Origin: a virus
DNA length: 64,000 bases
Virus record (IMG/VR): IMGVR_UViG_3300048838_001252
Location: 1 to 64,000 of that record
Reading direction: 5' to 3' (one strand)
In this document: positions 50,268 through 59,770 of the stretch, one piece after another
Position numbering within the stretch: position 1 is the stretch's first letter
Layout of the letters: each line of letters opens with the position of its first letter
Notes under the pieces: generated by a model
Database searches by the model: none
What the model was told of the DNA's origin: nothing
Seen by the model: the letters and a program-made list of their open reading frames with translations, nothing else
Position numbers and translations under genes: made by a program

Positions 50268-50343
50268 ACGGTTTAATTCGATTTATTATAAATACTCTAA
50301 TTAATTATAAACGTTTATTTAACATCAATTTTATTAAATACTT

Positions 50344-52350
50344 TTAGTTTTCATCTAAATCAATGGATTCAAGTGTTTCGAAATCAATATCTTCTGCTTC
50401 GTTTGTTCTTTGAATTGCATTAATACTTTCCGAACTTTTTAGTAATTCATCGATTTCATTTATCATGTTTTGTGCATTTTGGTTCAATTTATCGTTGATT
50501 TGATTATTTTCATTGATAATTCTCTTCTGTTTGCTAATCTTTTTTCTTTCTGGTTCTTGACTATAACCAAAAACCATTTTTTCTACATGATTACTATATT
50601 CTTCATCTGTCATTTTACTGCTTTCTGCTAATGCTGGTGGCATTTCTCCACCACCCATTCCACCACCACCTAATGGTGCTGCTCCTGCTCCCGGAGGTGG
50701 CATTTCTCCACCTGCTGCTGGTGGTGCTGGTGGCATTCCACCACCTTCAGGTGGCATTCCACCTTGTTCTGTTCCACCCGTATCTGCAGCAACTGGCATA
50801 CCCTCAACAGGCTCACCGAATCTTTTATCAATGTCGGTAAATAAACCGGATTTCTTAATTGTAACTGGAGAATCAACAAGTTCTTGCATAACAACCTTTT
50901 CCATTTTCTGTTGTTTCAAGTCTTCAACAATTTCTCTGTCACTCATGTTGAATACCATACGTTTTGCAGTTGTATGTGACATTGCAGCAATACCGCCTTC
51001 AGCACGTGTTAATTCAGTATATGTTTGTGCTTTCTCACGTAATAATTCTGATTTGAGTAATTCCTGTTGTGTAGAAGGATTTGTAAGCGTCAATGTAAAA
51101 CTATTCAAGTCCTCACCACTATAACCCAACAAGAATAAATGTATCATTGCCATTTTATTGAGTTCCTGTATCATGGCTTGCTGAATACGATTAACCTTTT
51201 TTGCAAATCTGATATCATATTGTGCCATGTTTTTGCCAGCACCTGCAGCATCCTGAAAACTCAAGAATGGTTTTGGAATACCAAGTCCGATGAATAGATT
51301 ATCTCTAAGATATTCAATATCTTGAATCTGGTCGAGATTTGATGCACCCGCTAAAGTATCAATACCTGTTTGAGTATTTGCGTTTCTTACGGGTAGGAAA
51401 TAATCTTCATCGTTTCCCAATATATTGAAACGGTAATCAATTTGACCATCAGTGGGAGACACCTGTGCAATCTTTTTAAACTTGGTAGCAACTTTGTAAA
51501 TATAATCCTCAATATCGTCTTCATCTATGTTTCCAACGTCAATTTTAAAAACCTTCTTTTCACCTGCACGAATAATACGGTAGGTAAGCATAGCGTCTTC
51601 TGCCATTACTAATTGACGGAAAACTCTTCTGACTTTATTTAAAACCGATGAACCATATGGCAAGTACTTATCATCTCCAAGAAGTCTGAAGTGAGCAATT
51701 TCGAAAGTATTAAATTCGTCACCAGTCATTCTTTCTTTAAACTTCACAATTGGTTTACCGTTTTGTATTCTTTCGAGTCTTTCAATTTCATAATTAACCA
51801 ATTGTTTTACGTGTGTAATACCTTTCTTACGTTCACCATAGAGTAATACAAAATTATCACCATATTTCACAAGATTTCTTACCCAGAACGGTAAGTTTAC
51901 ATTCACGTTAACAGTATCGAAGAAAAATTCTTCAAGTAATGTTTTAATCCTTTCCTTATTCGAATATATGTTAAGCATTTTACCATTTAAACCAATGGTG
52001 GTTGCTTCTTCCATAAATAAATCCAATGCAGAAGAAATAATTGGGTAATATTCCATACCCTCATAGTCGATATATGCTGGAAGTCTGGCAGCTTCATATT
52101 GTAATGCCTTTTGAAAACCCCTATCGGTTGTCCTGAAGAATTTATTCTGAAGTTCTTTCTTCTGTTCTAACTCCAAACCCTTCCTATGTATTTCTTCGGG
52201 AGTATTACCTTTTATAATAACCTTTGGTTGTTTTGCTATTGGAGTTGATTGTGATACGGCAGGTTGTGAATCCTGAAAACCAAAACCATCCAAATTCAAC
52301 ATTTTGTTGAGTTGTTGATATAATGTGCCTTTTTGTTCCTTTTCAGCCAT
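50344..52350 (-). CDS. Portal protein (T4 gp20-like)
   Basis: ME..P.ISSALD, AHFRL, PYG.S.L, EDAML.YRI.RA.E..VFKIDVGN, EDYFLP and D.RFAK motifs. Confidence 0.96.
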   Translation of the reverse strand: MAEKEQKGTLYQQLNKMLNLDGFGFQDSQPAVSQSTPIAKQPKVIIKGNTPEEIHRKGLELEQKKELQNKFFRTTDRGFQKALQYEAARLPAYIDYEGMEYYPIISSALDLFMEEATTIGLNGKMLNIYSNKERIKTLLEEFFFDTVNVNVNLPFWVRNLVKYGDNFVLLYGERKKGITHVKQLVNYEIERLERIQNGKPIVKFKERMTGDEFNTFEIAHFRLLGDDKYLPYGSSVLNKVRRVFRQLVMAEDAMLTYRIIRAGEKKVFKIDVGNIDEDDIEDYIYKVATKFKKIAQVSPTDGQIDYRFNILGNDEDYFLPVRNANTQTGIDTLAGASNLDQIQDIEYLRDNLFIGLGIPKPFLSFQDAAGAGKNMAQYDIRFAKKVNRIQQAMIQELNKMAMIHLFLLGYSGEDLNSFTLTLTNPSTQQELLKSELLREKAQTYTELTRAEGGIAAMSHTTAKRMVFNMSDREIVEDLKQQKMEKVVMQELVDSPVTIKKSGLFTDIDKRFGEPVEGMPVAADTGGTEQGGMPPEGGGMPPAPPAAGGEMPPPGAGAAPLGGGGMGGGEMPPALAESSKMTDEEYSNHVEKMVFGYSQEPERKKISKQKRIINENNQINDKLNQNAQNMINEIDELLKSSESINAIQRTNEAEDIDFETLESIDLDEN

Positions 52351-52426
52351 TTTTATAATTTTTTATACTTTTTTATAAATACTACACTTTTCTTGAAAAG
52401 TCGTTCATAGATATAAATACATTTGA

Positions 52427-54478
52427 TTATTTCTTTTTCTTATCTAATCCATCAAATAACCATGAATGTGCAAGATATGGATTCATCGATGATGGACTAT
52501 TGGGGGAAATCATTGGTTTATTTTTTATGTCTTGTTTTCTTCCTATTTCAGAAATATCGTTATTGGTAATGATGGCATTAAGCATTTTTTCAGTAACACC
52601 CTTACTTTGCTTAAATCTTGCCATATCAAAATTCAAAACATATAATCCAATTGACAATCCCATTATACTATCATCGTGAAAACTACGTTTATGGTCAGCC
52701 ACACGATTTCCGGGAATCGTGACGAATGTTTTTAATTCATTCAATAATCTTACTGACCTAATAATCACGTCTTCCAAATGCACTGCTCTTTGCATTTCAA
52801 GAAGCACCGAAGCACGGTTATTTCCAATAAAGAATCCGGGAATCAGGTCAACATTTACGACAGAACCATCTGCCATTGTTTTCTGACCCTTTTTAATATA
52901 TCCTTGTAACCTATCTCTTGAAGGTTTATGTGTAACTTCTGCAAAGTGAACACTATCGTACCCAAATTCAAGTAATTTTTCCACGCTTTGCACACCATAA
53001 CCACCAGTTATATCAACAACCGCATATGCATTATTATATCGTTTTCCATATTGATATGCAATTTCTGCAAGCATTTGTGGTGTTACTTTTCCATAGTATT
53101 CCGCAACCTGTTCAACTTTATGTCTTCTGATTTTAACTTTTTTTATTTTATCGCCCTTTTTAATAACCTTTTCTTCAATTACTTCAACAGTTTTCAACAT
53201 ATTCAATGTTGAATTGTCATCACCGTGTCCCGGAGACGCATCGAGTGCTATAATGTAATCTTCTCCCGGTAATGGGTCTTCAAAAATCCACATATTTAAG
53301 TCGGTGTATTCTTGACGAATAGGTGTACGTACTTCATTTTCCTGAATACGTTTAAGATATTCTTCAGCGATAAAGTTATCACCAGAACCCAAGAATGAAC
53401 ATAAAAGTTCTTGCGCAATTTTACGCATATCTCCGTTTGCATCTCTAACTTGTTCTTCAAACCAAGGACTGCTGGCTTCCCAACCGTCTTCCATCATTTG
53501 AATTCTGGTTTTTTTATCCCAATTTTGGTCAATTAATTTCTTTTCGTTTTCTTTACCTTTATTTTTCAACCAGCACAAATCTTTATTATATCTTGGGTCA
53601 TTATACCACCATAGTTCAACCGCTTTAAAGTTATTTTCGTTTCTTCGTGCACCATCAAATGTTTTGTAGAATACTGCATCAAGACCGGAAGGAGTACTAA
53701 CCATAATCGCAGCACCACCAGTTTGAAGTGTTGGTTTCGCTGCAGTCCAGAATTTATCTCCCTTTTCTGTCCATGCAGTTTCGTCCCAGAAAATAAGTGT
53801 TGGTGTCATACCACGAAGACCTTTAGAAGAGAAAGCACCTAATCTTGAATTATTATCGTAAATTTTTAATTTTTGTGTGTCCTTGAAATTACCAACAGCT
53901 TCTCTACCAGTTTTTGGTCTAAGCCAATCCGGGCAACCTTCAATAAATAAAACCACATCACTCATAATTTCATCACGTGCGGTTTCAAGTTTATCTGCAA
54001 CAATTGCAACCTGTCTGTTCGGGTTGAACATCACATACCATGCTATATATGCACAAGTTGTCGTGGATATACCTGCCTGACGATATTTGTTGGCAACCAC
54101 AAATCTATTATCTCGATATGTTTGGATTAATTCTTTCTGAAAATCAAAAAGTTTGAATGGTACAATCATACCAGCCATACCCTGTGTCTGGTCAAAAATT
54201 GTTAAATATGTCTCAATAAAATATACGGGGTCTGTTGCACACCTAATGATTTCCTGCTTTTGTTCTGTGATTGTTAATTCACTGGCTCTCTTAGCAATAC
54301 CGTCTTTAGTAACAACAATTGGTTCAATCTTAGCAGATTGTTTTCTGAGTTCTGCAGCTAATTTCCTAATCTGTTCCTTTTCTTTTTCCCTCTGAACATC
54401 AATGGGTATTACTGGAACGTGTTCTGGAAATATATCTTCGATTTCTTTCTTTTCAACCTTTTCTTTATCAGTACTCAT
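52427..54478 (-). CDS. Terminase large subunit (T4 gp17-like)
   Basis: DPVYF, F.LFDFQ, KYRQAGIST, DETAW, STP.G, YIIALD...G.G.D.S and HDD..M motifs. Confidence 0.96.
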   Translation of the reverse strand: MSTDKEKVEKKEIEDIFPEHVPVIPIDVQREKEKEQIRKLAAELRKQSAKIEPIVVTKDGIAKRASELTITEQKQEIIRCATDPVYFIETYLTIFDQTQGMAGMIVPFKLFDFQKELIQTYRDNRFVVANKYRQAGISTTTCAYIAWYVMFNPNRQVAIVADKLETARDEIMSDVVLFIEGCPDWLRPKTGREAVGNFKDTQKLKIYDNNSRLGAFSSKGLRGMTPTLIFWDETAWTEKGDKFWTAAKPTLQTGGAAIMVSTPSGLDAVFYKTFDGARRNENNFKAVELWWYNDPRYNKDLCWLKNKGKENEKKLIDQNWDKKTRIQMMEDGWEASSPWFEEQVRDANGDMRKIAQELLCSFLGSGDNFIAEEYLKRIQENEVRTPIRQEYTDLNMWIFEDPLPGEDYIIALDASPGHGDDNSTLNMLKTVEVIEEKVIKKGDKIKKVKIRRHKVEQVAEYYGKVTPQMLAEIAYQYGKRYNNAYAVVDITGGYGVQSVEKLLEFGYDSVHFAEVTHKPSRDRLQGYIKKGQKTMADGSVVNVDLIPGFFIGNNRASVLLEMQRAVHLEDVIIRSVRLLNELKTFVTIPGNRVADHKRSFHDDSIMGLSIGLYVLNFDMARFKQSKGVTEKMLNAIITNNDISEIGRKQDIKNKPMISPNSPSSMNPYLAHSWLFDGLDKKKK

Positions 54479-54501
54479 TTATAATATTTTATAAATAAAT
54501 A

Positions 54502-54665
54502 CTTTCCAGTATAAAAACCGCAGAGCACGGTATGAATCTGGTCATATCGTGCTCCGAAACCTTTTCTCCCTAATCTGGTGAGATAGGCAATTTAAATTTG
54601 CAGGAAACGTATAATGTCTTGATTTACGATTCCCGATTTCCTTCTTCCAAATGGAAAGATGAACT
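54502..54665 (-). ncRNA. Candidate structured non-coding RNA (~160 nt)
   Basis: Own late promoter at 54672-54681; no credible ORF; several stems; repeated ACCAGATT; 5'/3' end complementarity. Confidence 0.5.
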
Positions 54666-54679
54666 TAAAAATATAAATA

Positions 54680-55165
54680 CTATATTTTTAATGAAGAAAC
54701 CTCAACAAATTCATTATCTTTTGCAATAATTTTTCTTGAGTTCAACATTTCTTTTATTTTTGCAAGTGTTATTCCGTAGTGGAAAACTAATAATGGCGTG
54801 TCATCGTCTTCATTTTCAAACATTTTCTGATAATCACTATAGCCATTAGTATCATCTTCTGGTGGTGGAATTTCGTATGCTAAAGCATGAATTGTGTGAT
54901 AACCATGCATATATTCTCTATCTACTGCTTCGTGCAGACAAAATAAATCAAATGTGCTGGTTTTTAAGTTATAAATTGAATTGATGAATTCTTCTGTTGG
55001 GGGCATTGCATTGTCGCAAGCAGGAGACATATCCCAACACCAACCTTCAATATCGATATTTGATGGGTCAAATGAAAAAATAAATTCAAACAACCCTTCG
55101 CCTTTTGCGTTATAACCAATTTTATTTACGTAAATTAGTTTTAACTTTTTATCGTCATTCTCCAT
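54680..55165 (-). CDS. Conserved hypothetical protein upstream of terminase
   Basis: L.YVN.IG....G...EFIF...W...PA...IHALAYE...LVFHYG; late promoter at 55179-55187. Confidence 0.7.
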   Translation of the reverse strand: MENDDKKLKLIYVNKIGYNAKGEGLFEFIFSFDPSNIDIEGWCWDMSPACDNAMPPTEEFINSIYNLKTSTFDLFCLHEAVDREYMHGYHTIHALAYEIPPPEDDTNGYSDYQKMFENEDDDTPLLVFHYGITLAKIKEMLNSRKIIAKDNEFVEVSSLKI

Positions 55166-55204
55166 ATTATCTTTATTGATAAATACTGAGAATAATGAAA
55201 CGTT

Positions 55205-55591
55205 TTATTGGTTCGATAATAATATACCATAATCCTCAAATATAACAATATCAACAATTTTGAGTGAAAACAAATACATTTTAATCCTGTTGGCAAGTCT
55301 TTTTCCCCAATAAATTTTAAGGAATTGAAAGAGAATTGATGTAGAGAATAATGATATGCTAAACACCGGAAATTGATATAAAATGAGGGCAAAAATAATT
55401 AGTATCCAAGATATTATTTCTGATACCTTTTTTCTACTAAAAAAGACGTGTAAATCGGCTTCACGTTCTTCAATAAGAAGTCTCCTGTATTCAAAATCCC
55501 TTTTTGCCTCTGCAAGTTTTACCAGTTCAGCATTTCGGTTTTTACCACGTGAGATTCTCAGTGTTGTGTATGTTCTATTAATATTTTTCAT
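55205..55591 (-). CDS. Two-TM membrane protein
   Basis: IISWILIIFALILY and FSISLFSTSILFQFL segments; ECF-like promoter upstream. Confidence 0.6.
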   Translation of the reverse strand: MKNINRTYTTLRISRGKNRNAELVKLAEAKRDFEYRRLLIEEREADLHVFFSRKKVSEIISWILIIFALILYQFPVFSISLFSTSILFQFLKIYWGKRLANRIKMYLFSLKIVDIVIFEDYGILLSNQ

Positions 55592-55597
55592 AAAGAC

Positions 55598-55630
55598 TTA
55601 TACGTAAAGAGAAAAAAAATGTTACAAAAA
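55598..55630 (-). promoter_or_regulatory. ECF-sigma-like promoter TGTAAC-N16-CGTA
   Basis: Second copy of the 26308-26340 motif with the same spacing. Confidence 0.65.
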
Positions 55631-55655
55631 AACCGGACTTTTTTGCCCGGTTTTT
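55628..55655. terminator. Rho-independent terminator
   Basis: AAAAACCGG-acttttttgc-CCGGTTTTT just after the 55662 stop. Confidence 0.65.
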
Positions 55656-55661
55656 ATTTTT

Positions 55662-58067
55662 TTAAGTACCTAATCTACTTCTGCCTCTCGCAAAATCACT
55701 TGGTCCTCCAACCTCACTATGGTCTACTGGAATGTATTCCACAAAATTGTTTTTTCCAATCTTTAATTTACCCAAACCACTTGGGTCTGCTGCTGCTTGT
55801 TGTAGAATTACTAATTTATTTTCTGCTGGTGTTCTTGAGAGATATCTTTCAATACCACCTTCGAAATCAATTTTAAATGTTTTATTAAGCCAATGATTTA
55901 ATTCGTGTGGCTCTTCAACAGATAGTGAAGGTAAAACTGCTTTTAAGTCTTTTTGTTTTTTTAATCTACCTTCTGCCCATTGAGATGCTTTACCCATCCA
56001 ATCGGTAATACCTTCATCTACAACTTCATCTTTTTTTTTAGACACAACAGATTCATATAGACCAAACTGTTCGTCAATTATTTTATCGAGTCTTTTAAGT
56101 GTATCAGATTTTTTATCTTCGTTAAGACTTGCTTTTTTCAAACCAGCTTTAACTTCAAGACGTTCACGAATGTATTTTCTAATCTTTTTTTCTGATTCAC
56201 TCATTGTAACATTAACAGTTTTATTCTGAGCATCGACATTTACATCAACTCCTGTTGTTGGAGCACCTGCAGGTTTAACTGTATCTACACCAAGTGTTTG
56301 TGAATCTGGGGCGAAACCGATTTCAGGCGTACCTTCATCGTCAATTTCTTCAGCACCGTCTTCCATTAATGCATTTGGTTGAACTTCAACACCTGCCGGG
56401 TCAACACCTTCTGCAGCAAATTTACTTAAATTAGCAGTACCAGCTTTACTTCCAAGTTGATTTTGAATAGTTGCTAAAATACTTCTAACATTAACTGGTT
56501 GTTTTCCGGCTTTTTCTAATCTTGTATTTAATGCAGCAATTTGTTTACCCAAACTTGCAGCAACGGTTTCAAGTTTTTTTATTTCCCCCGGTACTTCACC
56601 TGTATGATATGCTTGTTTTACGTCAGTAGCGTATTGTCCTACTGCTTGTCCTGCCTTTTGTGCAGCACCCGCAACAGCACCACCTACTTTTTGTGCAGCA
56701 CCTGCAACAGCCTGTCCTGCCTTCTGAGCACCTGCTTTAATATCACCACCTACTTTTCCAAATGCTTGTTTCATACCGCCCCAAAGTTCATCAATTTGTG
56801 CAGCTTTATCTTCCTCACTTGCTTCACTTAATGAGTTAACCATTGGTTCTAATTGACTTGCGTATTCGTCATGTCCATAATCACCTTTTAATTTATCCAT
56901 GATTTCCGGTGTGATAAACAATGCAACTGCTTTGAAATCGCCATCATTCTGACCTTCACCATGTGCGTTTGCATAGCCACTAACCAAGTTAGCCATTTCT
57001 TCTTCACCACATTCCATAATTGATTCTCTGGTATAGCCACGTGATTCTGCGTACATTCCAAAGCTACCACATTCTGAACATTTTGCTTCTTCAACTTCTT
57101 CAGGTTCGTCAACAGACATATCATCACCAACTTCAATATCTTCGATATCTTCATCAGGAACAACCTTTAAAATTTTATCTGCCATTGCTTTTCTGTCTTC
57201 AATTTCTACTTCATCAAACTTGTCTTTAAATGCAGTAAGAAATGAATTTACATATGATTTAACCTGTGCAGGTTCTAATTCTGTTTTTCTGATTTTATTT
57301 GTTAATTTACCGAGACCCTTTTCAATTTCGGTTGTGGTAAGGTCTTTTTCTTCTGCGGGTGCAGCATCGCCTTCTCCACCTTCTGGTTCTTCTTCGCCAC
57401 CCATTTCTGCTGGCATTTCTTCTCCACCTTCTGGTTCTTCTTCGCCACCCATTTCTGCTGGCATTTCTTCTCCACCTTCTTCGCTACCCATGTCGGCAGG
57501 TAATTCTTCACCACCTTCGGGTGCAGGTTCATCAACAGGCATTTCTTCGCCACCCATTTCTGCTGGCATTTCTTCATCACCCATTGGTTCTCCACTAAAA
57601 TCAGGTTCTGGTTCGGCAGGAACTTCAGTTGCAGCAGTTGCAGCTTCCAAGTCACCTACTTTACTTGCAGCCATTTCAATTTCTTCACCAGCTTTGTCTT
57701 CATGAAGTTTTTGTTTTTTACTGCCAGTTTTACTTGGTTTCAATGTGACTGCCTCATTAATAACTTGAAACAACATGTTTCTTTGTTTATCAGCTTCAGC
57801 CAATGATTTGTATTGGTGTTTTGTAATGTTTTCTAAACCACCTATATATGCGAAATCAGATACGTTTGGGTCTTGTTTTAAACCACCCTTTTTAACAAAA
57901 TATTGGTGATTTTCTTTCACAATTCCATAAGCAACTCCATCTGCTGCTCTTTTGTAATCTATTAAAGTACCCAAATTACGAGTAGATTCTTTTATTGTGG
58001 GTTTCTTTACTTCTGCTAATTGCTGAAGCCTTTGGTAAAACGCTTCTTGTGAATTATGTTTCTTCAT
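55662..58067 (-). CDS. Large acidic head internal/core-like protein with low-complexity repeats
   Basis: Many (L/I/V)xE sites, EEMPAEMGG repeats, SESEKKIRKYIRE; late promoter at 58108-58117. Confidence 0.65.
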   Translation of the reverse strand: MKKHNSQEAFYQRLQQLAEVKKPTIKESTRNLGTLIDYKRAADGVAYGIVKENHQYFVKKGGLKQDPNVSDFAYIGGLENITKHQYKSLAEADKQRNMLFQVINEAVTLKPSKTGSKKQKLHEDKAGEEIEMAASKVGDLEAATAATEVPAEPEPDFSGEPMGDEEMPAEMGGEEMPVDEPAPEGGEELPADMGSEEGGEEMPAEMGGEEEPEGGEEMPAEMGGEEEPEGGEGDAAPAEEKDLTTTEIEKGLGKLTNKIRKTELEPAQVKSYVNSFLTAFKDKFDEVEIEDRKAMADKILKVVPDEDIEDIEVGDDMSVDEPEEVEEAKCSECGSFGMYAESRGYTRESIMECGEEEMANLVSGYANAHGEGQNDGDFKAVALFITPEIMDKLKGDYGHDEYASQLEPMVNSLSEASEEDKAAQIDELWGGMKQAFGKVGGDIKAGAQKAGQAVAGAAQKVGGAVAGAAQKAGQAVGQYATDVKQAYHTGEVPGEIKKLETVAASLGKQIAALNTRLEKAGKQPVNVRSILATIQNQLGSKAGTANLSKFAAEGVDPAGVEVQPNALMEDGAEEIDDEGTPEIGFAPDSQTLGVDTVKPAGAPTTGVDVNVDAQNKTVNVTMSESEKKIRKYIRERLEVKAGLKKASLNEDKKSDTLKRLDKIIDEQFGLYESVVSKKKDEVVDEGITDWMGKASQWAEGRLKKQKDLKAVLPSLSVEEPHELNHWLNKTFKIDFEGGIERYLSRTPAENKLVILQQAAADPSGLGKLKIGKNNFVEYIPVDHSEVGGPSDFARGRSRLGT
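56640..56735 (-). repeat. 11-aa (33-nt) tandem repeats
   Basis: AGAQKAGQAV / AGAAQKVGGAV / AGAAQKAGQAV. Confidence 0.8.
57372..57580 (-). repeat. 48-nt tandem repeats (GGEEMPAEMGGEEEPE) plus degenerate copies
   Basis: ttctccaccttctggttcttcttcgccacccatttctgctggcatttc occurs twice exactly, with partial copies beyond. Confidence 0.88.
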
Positions 58068-58143
58068 TTTTATATTTTTTTATGCCTATAATTTAGTTAC
58101 ATTTTTTTATAAATACTTAATTAAGAACAAAAAAATGGAAATG

Positions 58144-58392
58144 TTAAATTATTTCCCATTTTTCATTGATAATTTTATGTTTGACAAGCATTTCTTGAAC
58201 TCTCGGTGTGATTAAATTCCTTCTACGAAAATCGTCAATTATCGACTGGTTCGCTTTTTTTTCTGAAACGTTCTCATTTAAAAACTTAGCGTTTTTATGA
58301 AGACTTTCAATAACAGAATAGAAAATCTTTTCCGCTTTCTTCTTTTCTACGAATTCATCTAATTGCTTGCGTGTAACGATTATTCTCTTCAT
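58144..58392 (-). CDS. Small basic head-region protein
   Basis: MKRIIVTRKQL start and LNE site; ATGA overlap with the nucleotidyltransferase gene. Confidence 0.6.
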   Translation of the reverse strand: MKRIIVTRKQLDEFVEKKKAEKIFYSVIESLHKNAKFLNENVSEKKANQSIIDDFRRRNLITPRVQEMLVKHKIINEKWEII

Positions 58393-59393
58393 GTTAAAAA
58401 TTCATTTAAACTCAATTCTTTGGTTAAATAGTCGTTCTTGATTTCAACCATTCTACCAAGATACCCGGTATTCCTTAATATTTTAAATACGAGATTTTCT
58501 GTTGAAAATTCTCCACCCGTATCAAGTCCGGTTTGTCTATATTTTTTTATTTTATTTTTTAATGCCTCATGCCTTTTTATAAAGTCTTTTTGGGTAATGT
58601 GACTTTCCAAATCTTCAATAGCATTCATTAAGTCTGCTGCCTTCAACTGTACGTCTGCAGTATCAATGTTGACAATTTTTTTTGTTGGTTTTCTAAGCCA
58701 TTCGTCTTTAATTAAAGAATATGTTCCAGATGAATGATGTGGTTCTGCGCTATCTTGAAAATACATTTCAACATCATGTCCTTTTATCTGGATTGGTAAT
58801 TTCTCTGCCCATAACTGTTTTTTCATTTTAAAGAAATCACCAACAAAATCCTTATTCTCTGAAATCTGATTAAAATCCAATATAACATGAACATCTAAAT
58901 CAGAATTCTCATTATAATTATAGTTGGACATACTACCAGTTAAAATTATGTCGTTGAATTTAAGATTTTCTGCATCACAAAATTCAATAAACCTTTTGGC
59001 GTTCATTAATAATGATTTCCTGACTTCAGTTTTCATTTTTTCATCGGATTCCCAGATAAGTGGACATAGTGTGTCATGCATTTGAATTGAAGACACGTCA
59101 ACAACATCTGGTTCAACAATTTCTTTTAAAATATCTGAAACATTATTTCTCGACCAGAATTTACATGACCAATAACGTGGAGTTGTTTTATCTTTGGCAG
59201 TGTCACACTTATGACGAGCACGAAAACTTTTACGTCTTTCTGGGTCATCACGTTTAATCTCCATATTAGGGTCACCAAAATTAACCTTTTTAACGTTATC
59301 TGTGCTTGGGTCTTTAACAAAGACCTTATACTTTTTAACGTCACCCTTCGTAGGTTTATTTAATTCGACACTATTTCCTTGATATTCTGCCAT
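58389..59393 (-). CDS. Pol-beta-superfamily nucleotidyltransferase with a basic N-terminal domain
   Basis: ILTGSMSNYNYNENSDLDVH (GS-x9-DxD) and VEMY; N-terminal KKY.V...VNFGD...RRKSFRARH.C...YWS. Confidence 0.78.
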   Translation of the reverse strand: MAEYQGNSVELNKPTKGDVKKYKVFVKDPSTDNVKKVNFGDPNMEIKRDDPERRKSFRARHKCDTAKDKTTPRYWSCKFWSRNNVSDILKEIVEPDVVDVSSIQMHDTLCPLIWESDEKMKTEVRKSLLMNAKRFIEFCDAENLKFNDIILTGSMSNYNYNENSDLDVHVILDFNQISENKDFVGDFFKMKKQLWAEKLPIQIKGHDVEMYFQDSAEPHHSSGTYSLIKDEWLRKPTKKIVNIDTADVQLKAADLMNAIEDLESHITQKDFIKRHEALKNKIKKYRQTGLDTGGEFSTENLVFKILRNTGYLGRMVEIKNDYLTKELSLNEFLT

Positions 59394-59408
59394 AATATTC
59401 TTTTCAAT

Positions 59409-59753
59409 TTAATTAATATATGTGGTTAATTCGTATTTACCACTTTCCATTCGATAAATTATAATTTGTAGTGCTTTTCTCTGCTCCTTACCGTCTTTAT
59501 ATATCGCAATACTACCACGTTTAGTTTCACCATATCCAACACCACCAGTACCAAATTGATTAAATAATTCGTCATTGTCAACAGTAAATCCTCTACTTTC
59601 AGCCATTTGAACTGCTGCTTCAAGTGCTGCGCTTAATGTTTCAAAATATGTTTCTGGTTTAAATGTTGAAATTTCATTTAAATTATCTTTAAATGATTTA
59701 TCAACTTTTGACATAACCTCAAAAAGTCTCTGTTTATTATCAACTTTTTTCAT
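59409..59753 (-). CDS. Hypothetical protein with RLFEVM...LNE leader
   Basis: N-terminus shared with the two upstream genes. Confidence 0.7.
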   Translation of the reverse strand: MKKVDNKQRLFEVMSKVDKSFKDNLNEISTFKPETYFETLSAALEAAVQMAESRGFTVDNDELFNQFGTGGVGYGETKRGSIAIYKDGKEQRKALQIIIYRMESGKYELTTYIN

Positions 59754-59770
59754 AAAGAATTTTTTAAACT

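Noticed and set aside
54500-54670. tRNA or hammerhead ribozyme in the structured region
   Set aside because: No T-loop GTTCRA cloverleaf and no CTGATGA/GAAA hammerhead core seen by eye; kept as an unclassified ncRNA candidate
54680-55165. Calling the gene upstream of terL a small terminase
   Set aside because: Only position supports it; no gp16-like helical or coiled-coil signature is recognisable
57372-57580. Direct repeats as a possible CRISPR array
   Set aside because: In-frame coding tandem repeats with no unique spacers and no cas genes. The 18764 nuclease lacks the Cas4 cysteine cluster.
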